A stretch of 64,000 bases of DNA, taken from contig CAUVXB020000001.1 in assembly GCA_963555825.3 (NCBI GenBank), forward strand, positions 2,348,805 to 2,412,804. Reading direction: 5' to 3'. Source of the stretch: Alphaproteobacteria bacterium (GTDB lineage: Bacteria; Pseudomonadota; Alphaproteobacteria; JAAXGF01). The notes below the pieces were generated by a model. The model saw only the letters and a list, made by a program, of their open reading frames with translations. It was not told where the DNA came from and searched no databases. Numbering within the stretch: the first letter of the stretch is position 1; every line of letters begins with the position of its first letter. The position numbers and the translations under genes were made by a program. This document shows positions 39,012 through 49,486 of the stretch, in pieces.

Positions 39012-39085
39012 CGCGCAATTTGACCGATTGGGATCGGCCAAAACACCCCAGCCCGCGCCAATATTTTTGGGACAAGAGGGGGGCC
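39009..39085 (+). repeat. Dispersed multi-hairpin intergenic element, copy 5 (5' part only)
   Basis: TAACGC...CAGCCCGCGCCA...TGGGACAAGAGGGGGGCC. Confidence 0.7.
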
Positions 39086-39182
39086 ATTTTGGAACAAGAG
39101 GAGGCCGCCAATTGCCAAGTGCATGGGCCGCATATAAGGTTTGCGCGGCCCGTGCCTGGCGGGCTCGAAAATGGTGGTGGCG

Positions 39183-39721
39183 ATGACGGTGACCCAGTTT
39201 CCTCCCGACTTTTCACTGCGCGCGCATACCGTGCTCGCGTTCCCGACACCGATCGTCGCGTTTCAATGGCCCGACAGCGACGCGCTCAACGCCGATCTGC
39301 GCGACACGATCCTCGCCGCCGAGAAGGATCGCACCGGAATCGTCGCGAGGACGCTGTGCAGAGCGCGCAGTTCGGCTTCGAGGCATGGGCCAACGTCGTG
39401 CGCTCGGGCGATTTTCACTCGGTCCACAAGCACCCCAATAACATGTGGTCCGGCGTCTATTACGTGGCCGTCGGCAATCCTGATCCCGACAGGGTCGCGA
39501 GCGGGCACATCGAGTTCATCGATCCGCGCGACGCCGCCGGCATGGTAAGCCTTCCCGGGATGCACTTCTCTCAGCGGCAGGTGATCCCACCTCAAGCGGG
39601 GCTCATGCTCATCTTTCCCGCGTGGCTCAAGCACTACGTTCATCCGTATTACGGCCACGGCGAACGCATTTCGATCTCGTTCAACATCATCGTGCTCGAC
39701 CTGCAGGTTGCCAGCACCTGA
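39183..39721 (+). pseudogene. Putative 2OG-Fe(II) oxygenase (TIGR02466-like), internally deleted
   Basis: FPTPI...LN.DL in one frame; WANV...HKHPNNMWSGVYY...FPAWLKHYV...RISISFN in another. Confidence 0.75.
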
Positions 39722-40701
39722 CCGGCGTGATCGGCGCCGACACCGCGCTTACCCTTGTTCAATGCCCCAATCCCAACCGTGGTCCTCGCCTGGCGCCTGA
39801 TGGTACGGGCGTTTTCGGCCACCTCACGGAAGAAGCGGGACACCTCGGCCGCCGCACGGAGCCAGCTCGTCTCCCGGTACGCGATGCCGTGGCGTTGGCA
39901 GAAATCGCGGGTGATCGTCCGCGCCCGGCGCAGCCCCTTTCTCGGCAGCGTCGGAAACAGGTGGTGCTCGATGTGGTTGCTGAGCCCGCCGGTCAGGAAA
40001 TCGGCGATCCTGGACGTGCCCAAGTTCCGCGTCGTGCTAATCTGCTGCGCGAAGAACGAGATGTCGTCGTCGGGTTCGATGACCTCGGTGCCGATGTGGC
40101 TGACGAGAAAGATGGCCCCCAAGTAGGGCCCCAGGAACAACGTCATCAACGCGTAGTTCATCGCTGCGTCCGGGAACCCGAGTACGTAGACGGGCGGCCC
40201 GAACCAGAGCGCCAAGTGCAATGGCAAAACCAGCCAATCGACCCGGGCGCGGCGCGGCTCGCAGCACATGAAGCGGACGCTGTCGAGCTTCAGGGTGAAG
40301 CCCTGTAGCGACACCAGGATCCAGATCAGGACCGATTGGTAGCGGGTGACCAGCCAGCCTAAACCGCGCTTTTCGAGCGCCGATTCCAGGTACATGCTGA
40401 AGGCGCCTGACTGCATGTCCGGGTCATCGCTGCGGCGGTTGCAGTGTGCGTGGTGGCGGGTATGGATGTCCTGGAAATGCCCATCGGTGAGAACGGTCAG
40501 GAATGTCATGAAGAATTGACCGATGACGACCGCGGCCCAGCGGTTTCGCGTTACCGTGCCGTGCCCGGTCCCATGGGCGATGAAGCCCGCTTGCACGCTG
40601 GCGAATGCGATCAGTGCGAGCGCCGCCAAGCGTGGCACCGTGGCGGGATCGCCGAGCAGGGCCAGATAGCCCAAACCGAACGCCGAAACCAGGAATATCA
40701 T
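39649..40701 (-). CDS. Fatty acid desaturase family protein, probably N-terminally truncated
   Basis: His boxes HGTGH, HTRHH and HIEHHLFP. Confidence 0.8.
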   Translation of the reverse strand: MIFLVSAFGLGYLALLGDPATVPRLAALALIAFASVQAGFIAHGTGHGTVTRNRWAAVVIGQFFMTFLTVLTDGHFQDIHTRHHAHCNRRSDDPDMQSGAFSMYLESALEKRGLGWLVTRYQSVLIWILVSLQGFTLKLDSVRFMCCEPRRARVDWLVLPLHLALWFGPPVYVLGFPDAAMNYALMTLFLGPYLGAIFLVSHIGTEVIEPDDDISFFAQQISTTRNLGTSRIADFLTGGLSNHIEHHLFPTLPRKGLRRARTITRDFCQRHGIAYRETSWLRAAAEVSRFFREVAENARTIRRQARTTVGIGALNKGKRGVGADHAGQVLATCRSSTMMLNEIEMRSPWP

Positions 40702-40916
40702 GATGCATTAATTCTCCCGCATCGCCACGGCTGCGCAGAGATGCGCAGGAGTGCGATAAAGTAGCGGTTCTCCTATGTTTCTAGAAGATTTTCGCTGCCA
40801 TTTCCCGCTTGCGTCCCTGTCAGGGACGCGCCATGATGCGCCCCGGTTTGAGGGCGGTCGCTTGCATGGTGCTTACGGATCGTCCGGGCGGCAGAACGAG
40901 GATACGCGGGAACGCC

Positions 40917-42104
40917 ATGCCGAGACGCCAGGAACGGGTTATCACCAAACGCACCGTCGACGCGTTGTCGGTCGAGCATCGCGACGCCGTGTTCTGGGAC
41001 CGGGACCTCCCCGGCTTCGGCATCAGGGTCTATCCCTCGGGCCTGAAGAAATACGTCGTCCAGTCGCGCGGCCCCGGCGGGTCGAAGAGGGCGACGCTTG
41101 GACGGCACGGGAAACTCACCGCCGACGAGGCGCGGCGCCGGGCGGCGGAGGCCATCGACCGCATCAAGCGGGGCGAGGATCCGATTCCCCCTCCGCCGGA
41201 GCCCGAGCCGACGATGGCCGTTCTCGCCGAGCGCTACATGCGCGACTACGTGCCCTCGCACTGCAGGGCGTCGAGCGCGGAGGTCTACCGGCGGGCGCTC
41301 GACAACCACATCCTGCCGGCGTTGGGTGAGATGCGTGTTGGCGCGGTCGGGCGCGAGCAGGTGGCGGAACTGCATTACGCGATGCGCGGCGCGCCCCATG
41401 CGGCGAACGGGGTGCTGAAGATCGTGGCCAAGATGCTGTCGCTGGCCGTCGAATGGGGCCTGCGGGAGCACGGGCCGAACCCGTGCCGGGCAGTGCACAA
41501 GTACCGGACGCACCCGCGCGAGCGTTTCCTGACCGGCGAGGAGTACCGCCGGCTCGGCCGGGCGATCGACGAGCTGGAGGCGAAGGGGAAGGTGTCGCTC
41601 CATGCGGCGGCGGCGATCCGGCTGCTGGTGCTGACCGGGTGCCGGCGCAACGAGGTGCTGGAGCTCAGGTGGGACGACATCGACCGGACGGCGGGGGAGC
41701 TGCGGCTGCGCGACGGCAAGACCGGCGCGCGCATGGTGCCGCTGACACCCGCCGTGGCCGGTGTGCTGGCGGAAATTCCCCGGGTTCCGGACAACCCGTG
41801 GGTGATCGCCGGGCAGAAGCCGGGCGCGCGCATGACCAACGTCAACGATCCGTGGCTGGTCGTGCGTGCCCGGGCCGGGCTCGAAGATGTACGTATCCAT
41901 GACCTGCGGCATTCCTGGGCGAGCCGTGCGCTGGCGCTCGGCGAGAGCCTGAGCATGATCGGGAAGCTGCTGGGCCACAACAGGATCGAGACCACCGCGC
42001 GCTACGCGCATCTCGCGCGCGACACCGAGAAGGCCTCGGCGGCCAAGATCGGCGGCAGCATCGGCGCCGACATCCTGCCGGCGGACGGCGCGGAGGCGGC
42101 GTAA
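40917..42104 (+). CDS. Tyrosine integrase with arm-binding domain (paralog 1)
   Basis: FWDRDLPGFGIRV, TGCRRNE, KTG, HDLRH, LGH, TARY. Confidence 0.93.
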   Translation: MPRRQERVITKRTVDALSVEHRDAVFWDRDLPGFGIRVYPSGLKKYVVQSRGPGGSKRATLGRHGKLTADEARRRAAEAIDRIKRGEDPIPPPPEPEPTMAVLAERYMRDYVPSHCRASSAEVYRRALDNHILPALGEMRVGAVGREQVAELHYAMRGAPHAANGVLKIVAKMLSLAVEWGLREHGPNPCRAVHKYRTHPRERFLTGEEYRRLGRAIDELEAKGKVSLHAAAAIRLLVLTGCRRNEVLELRWDDIDRTAGELRLRDGKTGARMVPLTPAVAGVLAEIPRVPDNPWVIAGQKPGARMTNVNDPWLVVRARAGLEDVRIHDLRHSWASRALALGESLSMIGKLLGHNRIETTARYAHLARDTEKASAAKIGGSIGADILPADGAEAA

Positions 42105-43333
42105 TGGCCAAGCTGAACCGGCGTTCGATCTCCCGGCGCACCGTCGAGGCGCTCAAGGTCGAGAAGGACACGGTGTTCTGGGATCGGGACTTGCCGGGGT
42201 TCGGCATCAGGGTCTACGCCTCGGGCACGAAGATGTACGTGGTGCAAAGCAGGACGAAAGGAAAGTCGGTGCGGGTGACGGTGGGCCGGCACGGGGTGAT
42301 CTCCGCCGACGAGGCGCGGCGCCGGGCGGCGCGGATCGTCAACCGGATCAAGGCGGGCGAGGACCCGATACCGGAACCGCTGCCGGCCCGGCTCGCGGGC
42401 GGGCCGACGGTGGCCGGCTTGGCGGCGCGCTACATGGAGAAGCATGTCGCGGTGCGCTGCAAGCAGTCCACGGCGGAAGGCATCCGGGGGCTGCTCGGCA
42501 AGTACATCTTGCCGGAGTTCGGCAAACTCCCGCTGCTCGCGGTGGAGCGCGAGCGGGTGGCGGCGTTCCACGTCCGGTTGAACGGGGTTCCCTACGCGGC
42601 GAACCGGGCGGTGGCGCTGATGTCGCGCATGTATGCGATGGCCGCGGACTGGGAGATGGTCCCCGACGGCACCAACCCTTGCCGGTCGGTGCGCAAGTAC
42701 CCGGCGCGCGGGCGCGAGCGGTTCCTGACCGACACCGAGTTCCGCCGCCTCGGCGAGGTTCTCGGCGAGGCCCCCACCGAGGGCGGGGTGTCGGTCCATG
42801 CCGTGGCGGCGATCCGGCTGCTGATGCTGACCGGCTGCCGCAAGAGCGAGATCCTGTCCCTGCAATGGACTGACATCGACCTCGAGGCCGGCGAATTGAG
42901 GCTCCGCGAAAGCAAGACGGGCCCGCGCGCGGTGCCGCTGTCGCCGCCGGCGGCGAAGGTGCTGGCGGAACTGCCCCGGGTTCCGGGCAACCCCTGGGTA
43001 ATCCCCGGCCAGAAGCCGGACACGCACATGACCAACCTGGACGACCCGTGGCGGATCGTGCGGGAGCGCGCGGGGGTCGAGAACGTCAGGATTCACGACT
43101 GCCGGCATTCCTTCGCGTCGAGGGCGCTGGCGCTGGGCGAGAGCCTGCCCGTGATCGCCAAGCTGCTCGGGCACAGCCAGATCCGGACCACCGCCCGGTA
43201 TGCGCATCTGGCGCGGGATTCGGTCAGGGCCGCGGCGGCGCGGGTCGCCGCCAGCATCTCGGAGGATTTCCTGAAGGTCGGTTCGGCAACGGCGAAGCTG
43301 CCAGGGCGACAGGGTACGGACAGTCCAGGGTGA
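42104..43333 (+). CDS. Tyrosine integrase with arm-binding domain (paralog 2)
   Basis: FWDRDLPGFGIRV, TGCRKSE, KTG, HDCRH, LGH, TARY; TAATG overlap with paralog 1. Confidence 0.93.
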   Translation: MAKLNRRSISRRTVEALKVEKDTVFWDRDLPGFGIRVYASGTKMYVVQSRTKGKSVRVTVGRHGVISADEARRRAARIVNRIKAGEDPIPEPLPARLAGGPTVAGLAARYMEKHVAVRCKQSTAEGIRGLLGKYILPEFGKLPLLAVERERVAAFHVRLNGVPYAANRAVALMSRMYAMAADWEMVPDGTNPCRSVRKYPARGRERFLTDTEFRRLGEVLGEAPTEGGVSVHAVAAIRLLMLTGCRKSEILSLQWTDIDLEAGELRLRESKTGPRAVPLSPPAAKVLAELPRVPGNPWVIPGQKPDTHMTNLDDPWRIVRERAGVENVRIHDCRHSFASRALALGESLPVIAKLLGHSQIRTTARYAHLARDSVRAAAARVAASISEDFLKVGSATAKLPGRQGTDSPG

Positions 43334-43501
43334 CGAGCTATCGCGGAACTGCCGGAACGGCAAAGCGACGGCAAGCCAGTTCATTGTCGCCGAGAGCACG
43401 CCGGGTGACATTGTCAGACGCCGGAATGCCGGGAAACATCGACTTTAGCGAATTTGTCCGATGGCCGGTGGCCGAATGGCCGGTTACCGGGAAAGCAAGT
43501 C

Positions 43502-43800
43502 GTGAGCGAATACCGGTACTATGAGGTCCAGGCGATAGACCGCCCGCTTGGCGAGGCGGACATGGAGGCGCTGCGGATATTGTCGACGCGGGCGCGAATC
43601 ACGGCCACGAGCTTCACCAATCACTACAAATGGGGCGACTTCCAGGGCGCCCCGAATCGGCTCATCGGCCGCTCCCGGCTCGACCCCTTCCGGCGCGGCT
43701 GCGACCTCGCGGAAGTCGTCGAATTGGGCGAGTCCCTGGTCCTCGACTGTTATTCGGCGCGGAAATTTGGGTCTGTCGCGATCTCGATGCTGTTAGTGGC
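43502..43800 (+). pseudogene. Remnant of a conserved hypothetical protein
   Basis: SEYRYYEVQAIDRPL...LSTRARITATSFTNHYKWGDF N-terminus, then degenerates. Confidence 0.5.
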
Positions 43801-43835
43801 CTATGCACGCCAGATGCCGGCGAACGGAGGCTCGT

Positions 43836-44645
43836 GCGGTGATCGGGGGTGTGGCGCGCAAGGCGCACTTCTTCGTCTTCGATCTGCCGCACAGCGACGC
43901 CTGCTATGTGCGGGCCTACCCTGCGGCGACGGCCGAGGCGTGGATCGACGGGCATGTGCATGCCTTCGCCTTCTTCGGCGGGGTTCCGCAATCGGTGCTC
44001 TACGACAACGACCGCTGCCTGGTGTCGCGCATTCTGGCGGACGGGACGCGCAGGCGGGCGCGGCTCTTCGGCGGGTTCCTGTCGCATTACCTCGTGCGCG
44101 ATCGTTACGGGCGCCCAGGCAAGGGGAACGACAAGGGCGCGGTGGAGGGTCTGGTGGGCTTTGCCCGGCGCAACTTCATGGTGCCGCTGCCGCGCTTTGC
44201 CAGCTGGGAAGCGTTCAATCTGCGGCTCGAGGAGCAGTGCCGCCGCCGCCAGGGCGATATCCTGCGCGGGCACCGAGAGACCATCGGAGAGCGCCTGGTG
44301 CGGGATCTGGCGGCCATGGCCGCGGCGGCGGCGGCGCCCTTTGAGGCCTGCGCCCAGGCTCCCGGGCAGGTCAGCTCGCAGTCTCTGGTCCGTTACGAGA
44401 CCAACGACTACTCGGTGGCGGTGGGCTATGGCCATCGCGACGTCTGGGTGCGCGGTTACGTCGACCGGGTGGTGATCGGCTGCGGCGGAGAGGTCAATCG
44501 CCCGCCATCCCCGGTCCTATGAGCGTGAGGACACGATCTTCGAGCCGATCCACTATCTGCCCCTGATCGAGCAGAAGATGGGCGCGCTGGATCAGGCGGC
44601 GCCGCTTGCCGGACCTGTCGCCCGCGTTCCAGACCCTGCAGGCGT
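43836..44645 (+). pseudogene. IS21 family istA fragment
   Basis: AFFGGVPQSVLYDN, KGNDKGAVEGLVG, LVRYETNDYSV; frameshifted and truncated at both ends. Confidence 0.85.
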
Positions 44646-44740
44646 CCAGGCCAGATCACCTCACAGCCACTAGGCTTATCAATCAGCATTCCGAAGCTCG
44701 CGATGAATGATCCGGTGACAAATTACGCACAGGCGCATTA

Positions 44741-45915
44741 TACCAGTGAGCGCCTGAATTGACTCTCGGGATATTCATTGATGGCGGATGATGGCGGATT
44801 GTGATTCTATGGTCTCCCACCAGATGTGGGGGATGTCATGGGATCAGCACTCAAGATACGGGATGATTTGACGCCTTTGGAGCTTCGGCGCTGGGCTCGC
44901 GTGGAATCGTACGGTCGAGCGGCGGCGCGGGCCTATGGGATCGCGAATGCTTTGGAGGAGATGCCCCGGGCTGATGCCGCGCGGCTTGCGGGGATGGATC
45001 GCCAAACGCTTCGCGACGCGGTTGTTCGTTACAATGCAAAGGGATTGGAGGGGCTTCACGACCGTCCAAAGGGCTACTCGCCGCGGCGGCTGACGGCAGA
45101 CGAGGAAGCGGCGCTGGCGGCGGTCATCATCGCCGGGCCGGAGCCTGAGCGCGACGGGGTTTGCGCCTGGACCCGGGCCGATCTGTGCCGCTGGCTGGAG
45201 GAGCGCTTCGCCAAGACCTACCACCCCTCGAGCATGACCCGGGTTCTACGGCGGATGGGATTTTCCCGCCAGAAGGCGCGCCCGAGCCACCCGCGAAGGG
45301 ACGCCGAAGCGCAGGAGCGCTTCAAAAAAGGGGGCTTCGCGACATCCTGAAGGCGACCGCCGCGGCGCATCCCGACAAGCGCCTACAGCTGTGGTTTCAG
45401 GATGAAGCGCGCGTCGGCAACAAGGGCCGGGTGTGTCACCGGTGGTGGCGCAGGGGCGAGCGTGCCCCCGGGACGCGTCAAATCGGCTACCAGTGGGCCT
45501 ACATCTTCTCCGCCGTGCGCCCGGACACCGGCGACGACGTCACCCTGGTGATGCCGAGCGTCAACGCCAAGGTCATGGACCTGTTTCTCGCACACTTCGC
45601 CGATACCCTGGACCAGGATGCGCACGCCGTCATGATGTGCGACGGCGCCGGTTGGCACGACGAGCGCGCCCTCACCGTCCCCGACAACGTCACCTTGGCG
45701 CTGTTGCCGCCTTACAGTCCCGAACTCAACCCCGTCGAGCGGGTTTGGCTCTACCTACGCGAACGCTTCCTATCGCTCCGCGTCCTCGACGACACCGAGG
45801 CCATCATCGACGCCTGTTGCCAAGCATGGATCGACCTCATCGCAGAACCGGATCGTATGCGAACCCTCTGCGCCTATCCATGGATCATGAAGGTGATTTC
45901 ATAGGCTCACTGGTA
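44741..45915 (+). mobile_element. IS630 family element (two ORFs, -1 frameshift)
   Basis: Terminal IR TACCAGTGAGC, TTA flanks, AAAAAAG slippery site, FQDEAR/DGAGWH/YSPELNPVE. Confidence 0.92.
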
Positions 45916-46089
45916 TTAGGCCCTCTAGTTGCGTATTTGTGTCCGGGCTGCATGTCAGCTAACGGAAGTTTGTGATGCACCTCAATGCACGCGTCACCAA
46001 TATAGAATAATGTTGTGATTGGCCGGTGTGGGCGATCGCCCGGGCCCCGAGGAGGAATCTGAGGCGGAGGAAATCAGTAAGAGGACCGC

Positions 46090-46773
46090 ATGCAGCAGCC
46101 AGTGCGCTTGTCTTTCCGGCTGTCCGACTTGCGGACAGCGGTCTGCGATTCCCCCAAATTGGTCGCGGCCGTGTTGTTGGCCGCATTGATACCGCTCGCC
46201 GGCTGTGGCACCGCATCGCCGCCGACACGACAGGCGGATATCTGCGAGGTGTTCCGGCAGTACCCCGACTGGTATGACTATGCCCGGAAGTCCGCAAGCC
46301 GCTGGGGAACACCGATCCACGTGCAGATGTCGTTCGTGCGCCACGAATCGAGTTATCGGGGCGACGCCCGGCCGCCGCGCCAATGGCTCTGGTTCATACC
46401 GCTCGGCCGTCCGTCTTCTGCCAAGGGCTATGCGCAGGCACAGGATCCGGTCTGGAACGAATACCAAGCGGAACGGGGACGTCTGTTCCGCAGCCGCGGC
46501 GACATGGAAGATGCCCTGGACTTCATCGGCTGGTACAACCACCGAACCAGACGTCAGCTCGGCATACCCCTCACCGACGCGCAGCGCCTCTACCTCGCCT
46601 ACCACGAAGGGCAGGGCGGATATCGGCGGGGCACCTGGAGGGACAAGCCGAAGGTGCAGCGTGCCGCCCGGCGGGTCGCTGCGACCTCGGATCGTTATAG
46701 AGCGCAGCTTGTGCGCTGTGAATCCAGCTTTCGGTGCGACTCCTGGTATCAAGTCTGGCCGTTCTGCCGCTAA
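46090..46773 (+). CDS. Transglycosylase SLT-like lipoprotein
   Basis: LAGC lipobox, RHESSY, SSAKGYAQA, YLAYHEG.GG. Confidence 0.82.
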   Translation: MQQPVRLSFRLSDLRTAVCDSPKLVAAVLLAALIPLAGCGTASPPTRQADICEVFRQYPDWYDYARKSASRWGTPIHVQMSFVRHESSYRGDARPPRQWLWFIPLGRPSSAKGYAQAQDPVWNEYQAERGRLFRSRGDMEDALDFIGWYNHRTRRQLGIPLTDAQRLYLAYHEGQGGYRRGTWRDKPKVQRAARRVAATSDRYRAQLVRCESSFRCDSWYQVWPFCR

Positions 46774-47147
46774 TCGCCGATCTGCACCCTCGCGATATGC
46801 GGGTGCACTAGCGCGTATGAATCCGCATGCCAAGTGGAGAGTCTTTACGTTGAAGGGAGTCGAAACTACATGGGCGGCGTCATCGCGCGCGAGGACCTCT
46901 CGGCCGGGTTCGGCGGTACCCGCTGATCCCTTCGGTCTCGGCGGTGCGACGCTCGCTGCTTTGCTAGGGCGGGCCCATCGCCCCTTCTTGCACGGCGAAC
47001 CGGACCGCGCTGGCTCCAGCCTGGCGATGCCGCTGTGATGAGCACCAGCGCGATCAGCGTGGTAAAGATCATGAAATAGCCGACAGTCGCAATCATCAAG
47101 GGCAAGGTCGAGGCTCCGGTGAAGACGGGCACGGCGCAGGTTCCTGG

Positions 47148-47333
47148 TGATCCTCCCCCATCGAATTGGTCCATCCTTGGGTTTGGGAATGAGGAGGATC
47201 AACGATGGCAAGGAAGCGTTACAAGCCGGAGGAGATCGTCAGCCTGCTGCGGCAGGCGGAGGTTCTGCACAGCCAGGGCATGTCGATGGCGGATGCGATC
47301 CGGCAGTTGGGGATCAGCGAGGTCACTTACTAT
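47148..47333 (+). pseudogene. IS3 family left end and orfA fragment
   Basis: TGATCCTCCCCC end; MARKRYKPEEIVSLLRQAEV...GISEVTYY. Confidence 0.8.
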
Positions 47334-47336
47334 ATC

Positions 47337-47375
47337 TATGGACGGCTCTCCCGTTGCAAGGGATGTTGATCTGAG
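47337..47375 (-). mobile_element. IS110/IS1111-type right-end remnant
   Basis: Reverse complement CTTGCAACGGGAGAGCCGTCCATA resembles CTTGCCACCGGGAGGCGTCCATA at ~53554-53576. Confidence 0.55.
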
Positions 47376-47465
47376 GTAGGCATCCGCCGAAGGCTGCGGG
47401 GTATTTGGGGCTGAGTTTGGTGGCGGCGCATTTCCGGTGAGGAAGCGCCAGGCGGAGGTCTCGGC

Positions 47466-49067
47466 CTATGCGGCCTGATCGTGCCGCTGGCTGTCTTGCC
47501 CGTTCCACGGGAGGAGTTCGTCGAGCTGGCTCTGCGGCGTCCCGGCGATGCGGTCGAGGATGTCGGCGAGCCAGGCCTGCGGATCGACATTGTTGAGCTT
47601 GGCGGTGCCGATGAGCGTGTACATCGCCGCCGCCCGCACGCCGCCGCGGTCGGAGCCGGCGAACAGCCACGACTTCCTGCCCAAAGCGATACCGCGCAGT
47701 GCCCTTTCGGCGGCGTTGTTCGTAAGGCAGATGCGGCCGTCGTCGAGGAAGCGGGCGAAGAGGTCCCAGCGCCTGAGCATGTAATCCATCGCCTTGGCCA
47801 CGGGGGAATGGCGCGACAGCTTCCTGCGCTCGGCCTGCATCCAGCCCTTGAGATCGGCCAGCACCGGCGCGCTCAGCTCCTGGCGTACGTCGAGGCGCTG
47901 CTCGGCGGCCTTGCCGTTGATCCCGCGCTCGATGTCGAACAGCACGTCGATCCGCTTCACCGCCTCCAGCGCGAGCGGCGAGATCGGCGGCGCGTTCTTG
48001 CCGCGTCCCTTGCTGGCCGCGATGTCGGCGAGCTCGAAGAACTTCCTCCAGCAATGCGACCAGCACGCTGCCTCGGTGACAGGTCCCGGCGATCTTCCGG
48101 CCGCATAGAGGCGGTTGTAGCCGGCGTAGATGTCCGCCTGGAGGATCCCGGTGAAGGTCCGCAGATGCTCGACCGGGTGATCGCCGGACCGGTCCCGCGA
48201 GTAGCGGAATAGTGCCGCCGGCGGGTCAGGACCGCCGAACGGCGCGTCGTCGCGGACGTAGACCCAGGCCCGCGCGGTAGCGGTCTTGCCCTTGGCCAGC
48301 ACCGGCACCGGCGTGTCATCGCCGTGCAGACGCTCCGCCGCCAGCACATGCGCCGCGATCCGCTCGTGCAGCGGCCGCAGCGCCACCGTGCAGGCGCCCA
48401 CCTGGTCGGCCAGGGTCGACAGGCTGAGATCGACACCTTCGCGCGCGTAGCGATCCCGCTGGCGGTTGAGCGGCTGGTGCTGGCCGTACTTCTCGAAGAC
48501 GATCATCGCCAGCAGGTTCGGGCCCGCCCAGCCCCGGGGTGTCGCGTTGAACGGCGCCGGCGGCTGGGAGATCTTCTCGCAATGACGGCAGGTGAACTTC
48601 TCGCGCACCGTCTGGATCACCTTCCAGCGGCGCGGGATGACCTCCAGCGTCTCGGTCACGTCCTCGCCGATCTTCGACAGCTTCTCCGAGCCGCAGCAGG
48701 CGCAGGATGTCGGCCCCGGCACCACCACGCGCTCGCGCGGAAGGTGCGCAGGAAACGGCTTGCGGGCCGGCTTGCGACGCGTGAACCCCTTGACCTGCGT
48801 CGTTCCGGCCGCCGCCTGTTCGGCCGCCAGCTCGTCCTCGGTCGCGCTCGCCTCAAGCTCGTCGAGCTGAAGCTCCAGCTGGTCGAGAAGCCGCTGCTTG
48901 CGCTCCGAGCGCCAGCCGTACATCTCGCGCCTGAGCTTCTCGATCGTCAGCTTCAGGAAGGCGATCTCCGCCGCGGCGCCGGACACCTTCGCCGCGGCGT
49001 TCGCAGCCCGCGCCTCGGCCGCCGCGAGGGCCGTCTTCAGGGCTGAGATGTTGGACCCGCCGGTCAT
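47466..49067 (-). CDS. tnpC: IS66 transposase TnpC
   Basis: LHGDDTPV, LQADIYAGY, TNNAAERALR, TAKLNNVDP. Confidence 0.92.
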   Translation of the reverse strand: MTGGSNISALKTALAAAEARAANAAAKVSGAAAEIAFLKLTIEKLRREMYGWRSERKQRLLDQLELQLDELEASATEDELAAEQAAAGTTQVKGFTRRKPARKPFPAHLPRERVVVPGPTSCACCGSEKLSKIGEDVTETLEVIPRRWKVIQTVREKFTCRHCEKISQPPAPFNATPRGWAGPNLLAMIVFEKYGQHQPLNRQRDRYAREGVDLSLSTLADQVGACTVALRPLHERIAAHVLAAERLHGDDTPVPVLAKGKTATARAWVYVRDDAPFGGPDPPAALFRYSRDRSGDHPVEHLRTFTGILQADIYAGYNRLYAAGRSPGPVTEAACWSHCWRKFFELADIAASKGRGKNAPPISPLALEAVKRIDVLFDIERGINGKAAEQRLDVRQELSAPVLADLKGWMQAERRKLSRHSPVAKAMDYMLRRWDLFARFLDDGRICLTNNAAERALRGIALGRKSWLFAGSDRGGVRAAAMYTLIGTAKLNNVDPQAWLADILDRIAGTPQSQLDELLPWNGQDSQRHDQAA

Positions 49068-49138
49068 CGGCGGGATCGAATCACATCGACCGATTCGGCG
49101 CTACAACATTCCTCCCGCCCGCGTCGTTCCCCCGCCGA

Positions 49139-49486
49139 TCAGCCCGCGCGAGACGGTCGCCAGGTCCGAACCGGGTTCCGCCAATCGATCCCCTCGAGCA
49201 GGTAGCCCAGCTGCGCCGCGCTGATCGACACCGCACCCCCCGACGTCGTCGGCCACTGGAACCGGCCGCGCTCAAGCCGCTTGGCGTAGAGCGAGATCCC
49301 CACCCCGTCATGCCACAGGCATTTTACGAGGTCGCCTCGACGACCGCGGAAGATATACAAATCCCCCGCATGCGGGTCGCGCCCGAGATCCTCCTGGACC
49401 TGAAGCGCCAGGGTGTTCATGCCGCGCCGCATGTCGGTCACCCCGGTCGCCAGCCAGACCCGAACACCGCCCGGAACCGGGATCAT
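49139..49486 (-). CDS. tnpB: IS66 accessory protein TnpB
   Basis: TDMRRG, FRGRRGD..K.LWHDG, KRLERGRF.WP. Confidence 0.92.
   Translation of the reverse strand: MIPVPGGVRVWLATGVTDMRRGMNTLALQVQEDLGRDPHAGDLYIFRGRRGDLVKCLWHDGVGISLYAKRLERGRFQWPTTSGGAVSISAAQLGYLLEGIDWRNPVRTWRPSRAG

Noticed and set aside
40700-40916. tRNA or tmRNA attachment site next to the integrases
   Set aside because: No cloverleaf, T-loop or CCA motif visible
45320-45340. Split IS630 transposases as pseudogenes (also ~52260)
   Set aside because: A-rich slippery sites at the ORF overlap indicate programmed frameshifting
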